Shown piece after piece: positions 10,877 to 19,762 of a stretch of 64,000 bases of DNA. Each line of letters starts with the position of its first letter. Position 1 is the first letter of the stretch. The notes beneath the pieces were generated by a model. It did no database searches. It worked only from the letters and a program-made list of their open reading frames with translations, and was not told the DNA's origin. The position numbers and the translations under genes were made by a program. This stretch comes from Dehalococcoidia bacterium (GTDB taxonomy: Bacteria > Chloroflexota > Dehalococcoidia > Dehalococcoidales > BS750m-G39), in contig JASFHK010000004.1 of the NCBI GenBank assembly GCA_050123275.1, positions 25,577-89,576 of the forward strand, given 5' to 3'.

Positions 10877-12673
10877 TTGCTCAAAAATCGTGACTGCGGC
10901 GAGCTGACCAAAAAGGATATCGGTAGTGAAGTGAAGCTGGCGGGCTGGGTTGACCGCCGCCGCGACCACGGGAGCTTAATCTTCATCGACCTGCGCGACA
11001 GAAGCGGCATCGTCCAGGTGGTCTTTAATCCCTCTACCTCCAAAGACGCCCACAAGACGGCCAACGGCGTGCGCAGCGAGTATGTCCTTCAAATCAGCGG
11101 CAAGGTGGCCGCGCGGCAAAAAGGGACGGAGAACCCCAGGCTGGCCACCGGCGAAATCGAGGTCGTTGCCGGGGGTATTCAAATTCTTAACCCCTCCAAG
11201 GTGCCGCCCTTCTACATCAACGAGGACGTTGAGGTTGACGAAAACCTGCGCCTGAAATACCGCTATCTCGACCTGCGGCGGGAAGGGATGCGCAAGAACC
11301 TGGAGATGCGCCATAAGACGGTCAAGTTCATCCGCGATTTCCTCGACGCCAAAGGCTTCCTCGAAATCGAGACGCCGATTATGACCAAGAGCACCCCGGA
11401 GGGGGCGCGCGACTACCTGGTGCCCAGCCGCGTCCACCCCGGCAAGTTCTACGCTTTGCCCCAGTCGCCGCAGCAGATGAAACAGCTTTTGATGGTGGCG
11501 GGGGTGGAAAACTATTTCCAGATTGCCAAGTGCTTCCGCGACGAGGACACCCGCGCCGACCGCCAGCCCGAGTTCACCCAGCTCGATATCGAGATGAGCT
11601 TTATCGACGAGGACGATATCCTCCGCCTCATGGAGGAGCTTTTCATCGCCCTGGTCAAGGACGTCAGGCCCGATGTCAATGTCCCCCAGCCTTTTCCCCA
11701 CCTCAGCTACGCCGAGGCTATGGAAAACTACGGGACGGACAAGCCCGATATCCGCTTCGACATGAAGTTCAAGGACCTGACCGATATTTTCGCCAAGACC
11801 GAGTTCGCCATCTTCCGCAAGGCTATCGACGGCGGGGGCATGGTGAAGGGGATTTGCGCCCCCGGCTGTGCCGAATACAGCCGCAAGCAGCTCGACGAGC
11901 TGAACAAGTTCGTCGTCAGTCTGGGCGGCGGCGGGGTGGTCACCATGGCTTTGGGCGGCAGCGGCGGCGACCTGGAAGATTTGAGCTCGGACGAGGTCAA
12001 GTCGGTGGTCACCAAGTTCTTGAGCATGGAACAAATCAAGGAGATTGCCCGCCTTTTCGGCGCCAAGTGCGGCGACCTGCTGCTCATCGTGGGCGGTACG
12101 CCCAAAGTAGTCAATAACGTTTTGAGCGAGCTGCGGCTGGAAATGGGTCGGCGCCTGGAGCTGGCCGACCCCGATACCTTCAGCTTTGCCTTCGTGCGGC
12201 ACTTCCCGCTGCTTCGCTGGGACGAGGAAACCAAGCGCTGGGAGGCGGAGCACCACCCCTTTACCGCTCCCTGGGAAGAGGACGCCGCCTTGCTCGACAG
12301 CGCCCCGGAGAAGGTGCGGGGCAAGCACTACGACGTCGTCTGCAACGGCTACGAAATCGGCGGCGGCAGCATCAGGATTCACCAGAGCCAGCTGCAACGC
12401 CAGATATTCCGCCTGGCCGGCTACAAGGATGAAGAGATTGACGAACGCTTCGGGCACATGCTCGAGGCTTTTCAATACGGCGCGCCGCCCCACGGCGGCA
12501 TCGCCATCGGGCTCGACCGTATCGTTATGCTACTGGCCGGAGCCGAGACCATACGCGAGGTTATCGCCTTCCCCAAGAACCAGGCGGCGGTTGACCTGGC
12601 CTTCGACGCCCCTTCGTCGGTAAGCCCGCAACAGCTTAAAGAACTGCATTTACGTTTGAGAGAGGAAAAATGA
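10877..12673 (+). CDS. aspS: Aspartate--tRNA ligase (bacterial type)
   Basis: 598 aa. OB-fold N-terminus (VKLAGWVDRRRDHGSLIFIDLRDRSG) and class II motifs FRDEDTRADRQPEFTQLD and GGGSIRIH..GLDR. Confidence 0.95.
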   Translation: MLKNRDCGELTKKDIGSEVKLAGWVDRRRDHGSLIFIDLRDRSGIVQVVFNPSTSKDAHKTANGVRSEYVLQISGKVAARQKGTENPRLATGEIEVVAGGIQILNPSKVPPFYINEDVEVDENLRLKYRYLDLRREGMRKNLEMRHKTVKFIRDFLDAKGFLEIETPIMTKSTPEGARDYLVPSRVHPGKFYALPQSPQQMKQLLMVAGVENYFQIAKCFRDEDTRADRQPEFTQLDIEMSFIDEDDILRLMEELFIALVKDVRPDVNVPQPFPHLSYAEAMENYGTDKPDIRFDMKFKDLTDIFAKTEFAIFRKAIDGGGMVKGICAPGCAEYSRKQLDELNKFVVSLGGGGVVTMALGGSGGDLEDLSSDEVKSVVTKFLSMEQIKEIARLFGAKCGDLLLIVGGTPKVVNNVLSELRLEMGRRLELADPDTFSFAFVRHFPLLRWDEETKRWEAEHHPFTAPWEEDAALLDSAPEKVRGKHYDVVCNGYEIGGGSIRIHQSQLQRQIFRLAGYKDEEIDERFGHMLEAFQYGAPPHGGIAIGLDRIVMLLAGAETIREVIAFPKNQAAVDLAFDAPSSVSPQQLKELHLRLREEK

Positions 12674-14031
12674 AAGTAACTAGAGAGAAAGAAGAGAACC
12701 GACAGGTAGTGCTGACCATCGAGATGGAATCCGCCGAGATGGAAAAAGCGCTCGACGATTCCTTGAAGCGGCTGGCGCAAAGGGCCGAAGTTCCCGGCTT
12801 CCGTAAGGGCAAGGCGCCGCGGGAGGTGCTGGAGCGCCATATCGGCAAGGACAAGCTCATCGAGGACGCCCTGAACAACCTGTTGCCCCAGGCCTACGAG
12901 GACGCGCTCAAGGAGCAGGAGCTGGAGCCGATTGCCAGCCCCGGCATCGAGATTACCCAGACCGAGCCGGCGGTGATATTCAAGGCGACGGTGCCTTTGA
13001 AGCCCGTGGTCGAGGTGGGCGATTACCAGTCCATCCGCCTGGCCCAGGAAGAGCCAGCCCCCATCGACGACGACCTGAATAGCATGATCGAGCAGCTGCG
13101 CCGCCAGCACGGCACCTGGGAGCCGGCGGAGCGCCCCGCCGAATTCGACGACCTGGTGACGATGGACGTCGACAGCCAGGTGGAGGGCAAGCCCTTCATC
13201 AAGCAGGAAGGGGCGCAGTACCAGCTCGACAAAAACCAGAGCGCTCCCGCCCCCGGTTTCCCCGCCCAGCTGGTGGGGATGAAGGTGGGTGATGAAAAAG
13301 AGTTTACGCTGCCGCTGCCCGAGGACTACACGCAGGAGGAGCTGGCGGGCAAGGAAGCTACTTTTAAGATAAAGCTTACCGAGATAAAGCAGATGAAACT
13401 GCCCGAGCTCGACGATGAGTTCGCCGCTACCGTTAACCCCGAGTTCAAAACCTTCGACGAGCTAAAAGACAGAATCGCCAAGAATCTTACCCTTATGGCT
13501 GAGGACAGGGTCAAGCGCGATTTCGAGGACAAGGCGGTCGATGCCGCCGTCGATATCAGTAAGGTGGAGTTCCCGCCGGTGCTGGTGGAGATGGAGATTG
13601 ACCGCACCCTGGAGCAGCAGGCAAGGCAGCTGCAGGCCAACAACATGGCTATGGACGACTATTTGAGCCGCATCGGCAAGAGCGGTGAGGAACTGCGCGA
13701 GGAATTGCGCCCCGCCGCCGCCAAGCGGCTTAACCGCTCGCTGGTGCTGGAGAAGATTACCGAGGCGGAGAAAATCGAGGTCAGCGAGGCCGATGTCAAC
13801 GCCGAGGTGGAAAGAATGGTCGCGGGGGCCGGCGAGCAGGCGGAAGAGTTCCGCAAGCAGCTGGAGAACCCGCAGGTACGCAGCTCCCTGGAACCGATGC
13901 TGGCTGTCCGCAAGACGGTGCAACGGCTGGTGGAAATAGCCGGCCGGCCCAAGAGCGCCGCCAAGACCACAGCCAAGAAAACGGCCCCTAAGAAGAGCGG
14001 AGGCTCGAAGAAGAGTGCCGCCAAAGACTAA
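12670..14031 (+). CDS. tig: Trigger factor with Lys-rich C-terminal tail
   Basis: N-terminal ribosome-binding signature GFRKGKAP and overall TF layout. The tail KSAAKTTAKKTAPKKSGGSKKSAAKD is an extra basic extension. Confidence 0.93.
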   Translation: MKVTREKEENRQVVLTIEMESAEMEKALDDSLKRLAQRAEVPGFRKGKAPREVLERHIGKDKLIEDALNNLLPQAYEDALKEQELEPIASPGIEITQTEPAVIFKATVPLKPVVEVGDYQSIRLAQEEPAPIDDDLNSMIEQLRRQHGTWEPAERPAEFDDLVTMDVDSQVEGKPFIKQEGAQYQLDKNQSAPAPGFPAQLVGMKVGDEKEFTLPLPEDYTQEELAGKEATFKIKLTEIKQMKLPELDDEFAATVNPEFKTFDELKDRIAKNLTLMAEDRVKRDFEDKAVDAAVDISKVEFPPVLVEMEIDRTLEQQARQLQANNMAMDDYLSRIGKSGEELREELRPAAAKRLNRSLVLEKITEAEKIEVSEADVNAEVERMVAGAGEQAEEFRKQLENPQVRSSLEPMLAVRKTVQRLVEIAGRPKSAAKTTAKKTAPKKSGGSKKSAAKD

Positions 14032-16054
14032 TACCGTGCTGTTCAAGGGCATTTGCCGCCTCTGCCAGAGCGCCTGCGGGCTTGACGTCCACGTCGAGGA
14101 CGGCAAGCTGGTCAAAATCGGTCCCATGAAGGAGCACCCCGTCCACCGCCTGTGCGTCAAGTCGGCGGCTATCGCCGAATGGATATACTCCCCCAAGCGC
14201 ATCACCACGCCCCTGAAAAGGGTGGACGGCGAGTGGCAGGAGACCAGCTGGAGCGACGCCCTGGGCATCATCGCCAAGAAGCTGGACGGGATTAAAGCCG
14301 AGTACGGAGCCAGGTCGCTGGTGGTTCACCTGGGCGAGCCACTGGTAGGCACCGAAGTGCCGCGCCTGGCCGTCCGTTTTTGCAGTCTCTTCGGGACGCC
14401 CAACTATACCTCGGGGGCTTCCCTCTGCTTCGTCGCCAAGGGTATCGGGCACGGCCTGACCGTCAACCGCCGCATATTTCCCCTTTCCCCCAGCTATAAA
14501 GATACCAAATGCGTCGTCGTCTGGGGGCGCAACCCCGAGGAATCCAAGATAGGCGAGGAAGCTCAGGTGCTGGCCGCCCAAAAGCGGGGGGCCAGGCTCA
14601 TCGTGGTCGACCCCAGAACGACCCGTCTGGCCAAGAAGGCCGACCTTCACCTAAAAATCAAGCCGGGCACCGACGGTGCCCTGGCTTTGGCCCTGATGCA
14701 GGTCATCATCGGCGAGGAGCTTTACGACCAGGATTTCGTGGAGAAGTGGACGCTGGGCTTCGACAAGCTCAGAGAGCACGTCAGGAGTTGCAGCCCGGAA
14801 ACGGTGGCGGGGGTCACCGGCGTTCCCCCGGATAAGATAAGGGAGTTCGCCCGCACCTACGCCACCACCAAGCCGGCCACCATCACCCAGGGCGTTTCCC
14901 TGGACCACTGTATCAACGGCGTGCAGAACAGCCGCGCCGTGGCCGTGCTCATCGCTATCACCGGTAACCTGGACGTCAGCGGGGGCAACACCTACCAGTA
15001 CCCGCTGCCCCAGACCAGCCTGCGGGTGAGGGGGAAGGTGAAGGTCGAGGAGGCTATCGGCGCCGGATACCCCATCTTCACCAAGTTCGTCAGTGAGACC
15101 ACGGCCATGCCCGTGCCCGACGCTATACTATCCGGCGAGCCCTATCCCATCAAGGCGCTCATCGTCCAGGGCTGCAACCCGGTGCTGACCTGGCCCGACA
15201 GCGACAAGACAATCGCGGCGCTGGAAAAGCTGGATTTGCTGGTCGTCTCCGACCTCTTTATGAACGAGACCGCCGAGATGGCCGATATTTTCCTGCCCGC
15301 CGCCGCCTTTCTGGAGAAGAAGACCGTCATCGACTACGCCACCAAGGGCATACCGCTTTTCATGATGGGGCAGAAGGCAATCGAGCCGCCGCCCGGCTGC
15401 CGGGAGGACTGGTGGGTATGGGCCGAGCTGGGACGCAAGATGGGTTACGGCGATTTCTTCCCCTGGCGGGACACCGAGGAAATCCTGCCCTATCTGCTTA
15501 AGCCCACCGGTATCACTTTGGAACAGCTGGAGCGGAACCCCGGCGGCGTTATCTACGGGGACACCCGCCAGCGCAAATACGAGGAAGCGGGCTTCGAAAC
15601 GCCCTCGGGGAGGGCGGAGCTTTTCTCACCGACGTTGGCTGCCTACGGCTACGACCCGCTGCCCACTTTTACCCCGCCGGCGCGGGTGCCCGATAAGGAA
15701 TATCCGCTTAACCTGCTCACGGGCAACCGCACGGTGGCCTTTACCCACTCCCAGTACCACGACATCGAAAAGCTGAGGAAGCTGGTGCCGGAGCCGCTGG
15801 CCGAGATTCACCCCGAGACGGCTAAAGAGGCGGGCATTGCCGACGGCGACATGATGACCGTGGAATCGGCCAACGGCAGCGTCGACCTCAAGGCCAAAAT
15901 CACCTCCGATATCCTGCCCGGCGTGGTCAGCTTGCAGCACGGCTGGGCGGAAGCCAACGTCAACCTGCTCACCGGCTTTCAGCCCTACGACCCCATATCG
16001 GGCTATCCCGCCCTCAAGACGGTGCCCTGCCGGGTGAGAAAAATCACGGAATAG
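14015..16054 (+). CDS. Cytoplasmic molybdopterin (DMSO-reductase family) oxidoreductase, substrate unknown
   Basis: N-terminal [4Fe-4S] motif CRLCQSACG..x27..C and no Tat signal. MGD-binding-domain pattern, candidate Mo ligand in GASLCFVAKG, and a C-terminal beta-barrel (TGNRT..HSQ). An alternative in-frame GTG start lies at 14036. Confidence 0.82.
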   Translation: MPPKTNTVLFKGICRLCQSACGLDVHVEDGKLVKIGPMKEHPVHRLCVKSAAIAEWIYSPKRITTPLKRVDGEWQETSWSDALGIIAKKLDGIKAEYGARSLVVHLGEPLVGTEVPRLAVRFCSLFGTPNYTSGASLCFVAKGIGHGLTVNRRIFPLSPSYKDTKCVVVWGRNPEESKIGEEAQVLAAQKRGARLIVVDPRTTRLAKKADLHLKIKPGTDGALALALMQVIIGEELYDQDFVEKWTLGFDKLREHVRSCSPETVAGVTGVPPDKIREFARTYATTKPATITQGVSLDHCINGVQNSRAVAVLIAITGNLDVSGGNTYQYPLPQTSLRVRGKVKVEEAIGAGYPIFTKFVSETTAMPVPDAILSGEPYPIKALIVQGCNPVLTWPDSDKTIAALEKLDLLVVSDLFMNETAEMADIFLPAAAFLEKKTVIDYATKGIPLFMMGQKAIEPPPGCREDWWVWAELGRKMGYGDFFPWRDTEEILPYLLKPTGITLEQLERNPGGVIYGDTRQRKYEEAGFETPSGRAELFSPTLAAYGYDPLPTFTPPARVPDKEYPLNLLTGNRTVAFTHSQYHDIEKLRKLVPEPLAEIHPETAKEAGIADGDMMTVESANGSVDLKAKITSDILPGVVSLQHGWAEANVNLLTGFQPYDPISGYPALKTVPCRVRKITE

Positions 16055-16101
16055 GTTATAATTACTAAAGCTATACATAAAACTAGCGGGAGGGTAAACT
16101 C

Positions 16102-16704
16102 ATGAACGACCAACCGAAGAATGTCATTCCCATGGTAATCGAAAGCGGCACCAGGGGTGAACGCGCCTTTGATATATACTCGCTTCTGTTACGGGAGCGT
16201 ATCGTTATGATGGGCATGCCCATCAACGACCAGGTGGCCAACGTCATCATCGCCCAGCTTCTCTATCTGGAACGGGAAGACCCCGATAAAGACATCAGCC
16301 TCTACATCCACTGTCCCGGGGGCATTATCTCTTCGGGGCTGGCTATCTACGACACCATGCAGCTCATCAAGCCCGATGTCTCCACCATCTGCGTGGGGCT
16401 GGCGGCCAGCATGGGCACGCTGTTGCTCTGCGCCGGCGCCAAGGGCAAGCGCTACGCTCTGCCCAACTCGACGATACACATGCACCAGGCGATAGGCGGC
16501 GCCCAGGGTCAGGCTTCCGACATCGTCATCGCCGCCAGGGAAATCGCGCGGCAGCAGGACCTGATTAAGGATATCATCGTCAAGCACACGGGGCAGCCGC
16601 TGGAGAAGGTGACCCACGATACCGACCGCGACTTCTACCTCAACCCGCAGCAGGCGGTAGAGTACGGTATCGTTGACGAAATCCTGGCCAAGCCGGCCAA
16701 GTAG
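16102..16704 (+). CDS. clpP: ATP-dependent Clp protease proteolytic subunit
   Basis: Catalytic-triad context [11 protein letters not shown] (Ser), IHMHQ (His) and [19 protein letters not shown] (Asp). Confidence 0.95.
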   Translation: MNDQPKNVIPMVIESGTRGERAFDIYSLLLRERIVMMGMPINDQVANVIIAQLLYLEREDPDKDISLYIHCPGGIISSGLAIYDTMQLIKPDVSTICVGLAASMGTLLLCAGAKGKRYALPNSTIHMHQAIGGAQGQASDIVIAAREIARQQDLIKDIIVKHTGQPLEKVTHDTDRDFYLNPQQAVEYGIVDEILAKPAK

Positions 16705-16705
16705 G

Positions 16706-17656
16706 CTATTTGCCGAAGCGCCGGGTCATTTCCGCCGCCGTGGGCAAGCCCTGCCGCGCGCCGGTATGGCTCAGGCAAAGCCGGGCGGCGAAGTCGCCCA
16801 TACGCCCGCACTCTTTCAGGTCCTTGCCTTTTAGCACCCCGTAGAGAAAAGCGGCGGTAAAAGCGTCGCCGGTGCCGGTGGCGTCCACTTCGGCTACAGG
16901 CTGCTGGTCGATGGGTTCGATTATGTGCTCGTCGTCGACGTCCCTGACGTAGGCGACGGCGGTAGTATCGCCGATCTTGCGCCCCTTGCCCAGCGTCACC
17001 ACCACGACGCGGCAGCCGGCCTTAAGGCACCTTTCGGCTCCCTTTTTCACATCGCCGCCGCCGGTCATTATCTTGAGCTCGTTAAAGTTGACGAAGAGGA
17101 AGTGGGTGCGGCTCAAGAATGGCGTCAGGTTATCGATCCCTTTGGCGGCGTAGATATTGCCGGGGGTGAAGCTGACCTTGACCGAGTCTTTGAGCCTGAT
17201 GACCAACCCCATCGAAAGCTGGAACTGGCTGCCCTCGACGAAAGAAGAGAAGTGGACGATTTGCGCCCGGTTCATGTAATCACAGTCAATGTCGGCCGGT
17301 TCCAGATTATTGTTAGCGCCGGGTAGTACGTATAACGAGCGCTGGCCTCCCCGGTCGCTGAGGCAGAGCACCTCGCCCGTCTTGGCTTTGGGCTTGACCA
17401 AGACGTGGCTGGTATCTACCCCCGCCTTCTCGAAGTCATTGAGCACGGCTTTACCCGCGTCGTCGTCGCCGACGGCACCGCAGAACCCGGCGCTTATTCC
17501 CAGCTTGCCCAGGCCGTAGATGGTGTTCGCCGCCGAGCCGCCGGGAAACGATTTGGCCCAGTCCACCGCCGCCTCGCCGTCGCTGATGATGCGGTCTATT
17601 TTGTAGATATGGTCGATATTGAGCGCGCCGATGCCGATGATTTGAATAGAATCCAT
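16706..17656 (-). CDS. PfkB-family carbohydrate/nucleoside kinase
   Basis: GGSAANT and DATGTGDAF motifs. The likely start is MDSIQIIGIGALNID at 17656; the ORF track extends to 17725, which would overlap the upstream gene. Confidence 0.85.
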   Translation of the reverse strand: MDSIQIIGIGALNIDHIYKIDRIISDGEAAVDWAKSFPGGSAANTIYGLGKLGISAGFCGAVGDDDAGKAVLNDFEKAGVDTSHVLVKPKAKTGEVLCLSDRGGQRSLYVLPGANNNLEPADIDCDYMNRAQIVHFSSFVEGSQFQLSMGLVIRLKDSVKVSFTPGNIYAAKGIDNLTPFLSRTHFLFVNFNELKIMTGGGDVKKGAERCLKAGCRVVVVTLGKGRKIGDTTAVAYVRDVDDEHIIEPIDQQPVAEVDATGTGDAFTAAFLYGVLKGKDLKECGRMGDFAARLCLSHTGARQGLPTAAEMTRRFGK

Positions 17657-17660
17657 AGCC

Positions 17661-18653
17661 TTACCCCAGTTTTCCAGCTTCCTCCCTGACCAGCTTGCGC
17701 AGGCGCTTGTGGAGGGCGATAACATCCTCGATGTCCTTTCGCCCCGCCAGCCAGTGGAAGTTGTTATTATCTCCTTCGGTGCCGTATTTTTCTTTGTATT
17801 TTACCACCCTTTCCACCCAGGGGCGCCCGTCCTTCTGCCATGCCTCCAGAGCTTCCTTGAGGTCGAAGATGGAGGTGGAAGCCAGGCTCATGGTAGCGTA
17901 GGGCAGGGCGTACTGGTTGGCGTTGAAGGCAATGGCCAGCCCCCCCGCCTCTTCCACCGCCTGGAACATCCTGAAGTCGGTGATGCTGTCGCCGACGACC
18001 ACCCACTTGTCCGGCGGCTGGTCGTTCTTCTCGGCGAACTTGTTCAGGGCCGCTACCTTGCGCCGGCCGCCGACGGGTTTTACCTCTCTGATGGCGGCGC
18101 CGAGGTCGGTTTCGGGCAGCTTTTCCCAGAAAAATTTGTCCAGCGTGGCCTTGATGCGCTTATCGTCGTCGACGGGGCGCATGGTCAGTATGTCCTTTTC
18201 CGCCTGTTCCATGAGCCGTTTTTCGTCGTTGGTCAGGTTGGCGCGGAAGTTATCTAAAGGGAAGGTGGTGCAGGCGACGTGGTGGGAGTAGAAGTCCAGC
18301 TTGCGGGTGATGTGCTGGGCGTACTGCTCGTAGGTGGTGGTGATGCAAAATATCTTCCAGCTGCTGGCCTGGAGCCAGGAGATGAGCTTGGCGGCGCCTC
18401 CGGTTAGGCTGGCCCGGGCGGCCAGGGTGGAGATATCGTCCTCGGTGATGTTATGCAGGATTAAAAAGGGGACGATGAGGGCCAAAGTGTCTCCGGGCTC
18501 GTAGTCGGGTCTTTCTTCCAGGGTGAGCAGGTCGTCGTAGCGGCTGATGACCTCGAAGATTTTATCGCCGTCGGGGAAAAGCTTCATCAGGTCGTAGGCG
18601 TTGTCCTGCGGGGAGAGGGGCCCTTCAAGGTCGAAGGCGATGAATCTAGCCAT
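17661..18653 (-). CDS. HAD-fold protein of unknown specificity
   Basis: 330 aa. Motif I variant FIAFDLEGPL (DxE instead of DxD) and motif IV VVVGDSITD. I recall 'energy-converting hydrogenase A subunit R'-type database labels for similar proteins, but this is unverified. Confidence 0.55.
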   Translation of the reverse strand: MARFIAFDLEGPLSPQDNAYDLMKLFPDGDKIFEVISRYDDLLTLEERPDYEPGDTLALIVPFLILHNITEDDISTLAARASLTGGAAKLISWLQASSWKIFCITTTYEQYAQHITRKLDFYSHHVACTTFPLDNFRANLTNDEKRLMEQAEKDILTMRPVDDDKRIKATLDKFFWEKLPETDLGAAIREVKPVGGRRKVAALNKFAEKNDQPPDKWVVVGDSITDFRMFQAVEEAGGLAIAFNANQYALPYATMSLASTSIFDLKEALEAWQKDGRPWVERVVKYKEKYGTEGDNNNFHWLAGRKDIEDVIALHKRLRKLVREEAGKLG

Positions 18654-18680
18654 TAGTTATCTCATCTCCTGCATTATTTT

Positions 18681-18780
18681 TTCCAAACCGCCCCACTCTG
18701 TCAGCGTACGTATTATTATCCCAACCCGGCCCGCCCTAATGAGTAAACTCCTTAACCTGCGGGCACGTTACCCCACCCCG
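18681..18780 (+). repeat. Dispersed intergenic repeat R1, copy A
   Basis: ccccactctgtcagcgtacg..cccaacccggcccgccctaatgagtaaactccttaacctgcgggc..ccccacccc aligns with copies at 19611, 22991, 39248 and 51548, and inverted at 51725. Confidence 0.85.
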
Positions 18781-18781
18781 T

Positions 18782-19591
18782 CTAAGGAGTGTCTTTTAAC
18801 AGTTTATCAATCTCTTCGCTAAGATTATACCCGTTAATCGGCTTGCCGTCAGCATCGACGATCTTCTTATTATCTATTCTCACCTTGCCCCGGCTGAAAG
18901 CCTTGAGGGTGGCGATGATAAGGGGGAACTCGCGGGCCAGCCCGTGCCGGCGGATGGCCTTGAAGAGGTTGTTGTTCTCGCCCTGTTCTTGCTTGATTGC
19001 GGCGAGGTCTTTGCCCTCGATTTCCCGCCAGTAGGGGTCGAAGCCCCGGCCACGAATGGAAAAAGTGCAATAGGTCACCGAGGGGCCCTCGTCCAGCTCC
19101 GGCGTCACCAGGTGCATCTTGACCCCGGTTGACTCGGCCCGTGTCTCGATAAGCTGCCAGATAACCTCCTGCCAGGTGCCGCCGGGGCCGCCGGGGGCGG
19201 CGGGGTGGAGGTTAATCAAATCGTGCCGGCGGCACATCTCGGGGCTGATGATGAGCATATAGCCGGCCATGACGCACAAATCGGCGTCGTAGCCTTTAAG
19301 GCGCTGCATCACCTCGCTGTCGTATTCGGCGCGCCACCGGGGGGAGAGGCGGGGGTGCTCCGATTTGAAGCCCTTTGAGGAAAAGGTGATGAGGGGCAGC
19401 CCGTAGCTTTCCACCAGCTCGATGAACAGGTCGCTGTCTTCGGCCTCACCACGCCGGCGGTTGCAGAAGACGAAGGCTATCTCCGCCTCGATTTCACCCA
19501 GCGCGATGCCCCGCTGCGCCACGGTGAGCAGGTCCCGGGCGGCTTTGTCGCGGCCAGTGGAAAACCAGCCCAGTTTATAGTTGTTTTTCAA
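18782..19591 (-). CDS. Formyltransferase-domain protein (PurN-like, atypical 269 aa)
   Basis: LINLHPAAPGGPGG (the PurN HP motif region) and VTPELDEGP (catalytic Asp region), plus an extra about 70-aa C-terminal domain. Confidence 0.7.
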   Translation of the reverse strand: MKNNYKLGWFSTGRDKAARDLLTVAQRGIALGEIEAEIAFVFCNRRRGEAEDSDLFIELVESYGLPLITFSSKGFKSEHPRLSPRWRAEYDSEVMQRLKGYDADLCVMAGYMLIISPEMCRRHDLINLHPAAPGGPGGTWQEVIWQLIETRAESTGVKMHLVTPELDEGPSVTYCTFSIRGRGFDPYWREIEGKDLAAIKQEQGENNNLFKAIRRHGLAREFPLIIATLKAFSRGKVRIDNKKIVDADGKPINGYNLSEEIDKLLKDTP

Positions 19592-19610
19592 TCCTTACTC
19601 CCAGGTTATT

Positions 19611-19705
19611 TTCCCACCCCTCTCTGTCAGCCAACGTCATTTCTGACCCACCCAGCCCGCCCTAATGAGTAAACACCTTAACCTGCGGGCTCGTTGCCCC
19701 GCCCC
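19611..19705 (+). repeat. Dispersed intergenic repeat R1, copy B
   Basis: ttcccacccctctctgtcagccaacgtcatttctgacccacccagcccgccctaatgagtaaacaccttaacctgcgggctcgttgccccgcccc. Confidence 0.85.
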
Positions 19706-19762
19706 ATGTTATTCCCGCCCCGTATTTTCTACGGGGTAAACTCCGGCGGGAATCCAGTTTCA

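Noticed and set aside
18755-18763. AACCTGCGG in the R1 repeats is identical to a 9-mer near the 3' end of bacterial 16S rRNA, which might hint at rRNA mimicry or anti-SD interplay.
   Set aside because: A 9-nt match is expected by chance in a repeat this GC-rich. The flanking sequence does not continue the 16S similarity, and copy D has CCTGGGGG instead.
18601-18822. Possible conserved micro-ORF in R1 repeats. ATGAGTAAAC(T/A)CCTTAACCTG gives MSK(L/H)LNL in copies A, B and D. The same applies to ORFs 39189-39410 and 51637-51837 inside the repeats.
   Set aside because: Conservation ends with the repeat. The downstream frames, lengths and stops differ completely between copies, subfamily 2 lacks the ATG, and there is no RBS. 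Conservation is at the DNA level, not the protein level.
19711-19753. Nested hairpin ATTCCCGCC/GGCGGGAAT with inner CCCCGT-attttct-ACGGGG, just downstream of the PHP gene, as a possible intrinsic terminator.
   Set aside because: No U-tract follows on either strand, and the downstream formyltransferase gene appears co-oriented and probably co-transcribed. It is noted as structure only, possibly part of repeat copy B's flank.
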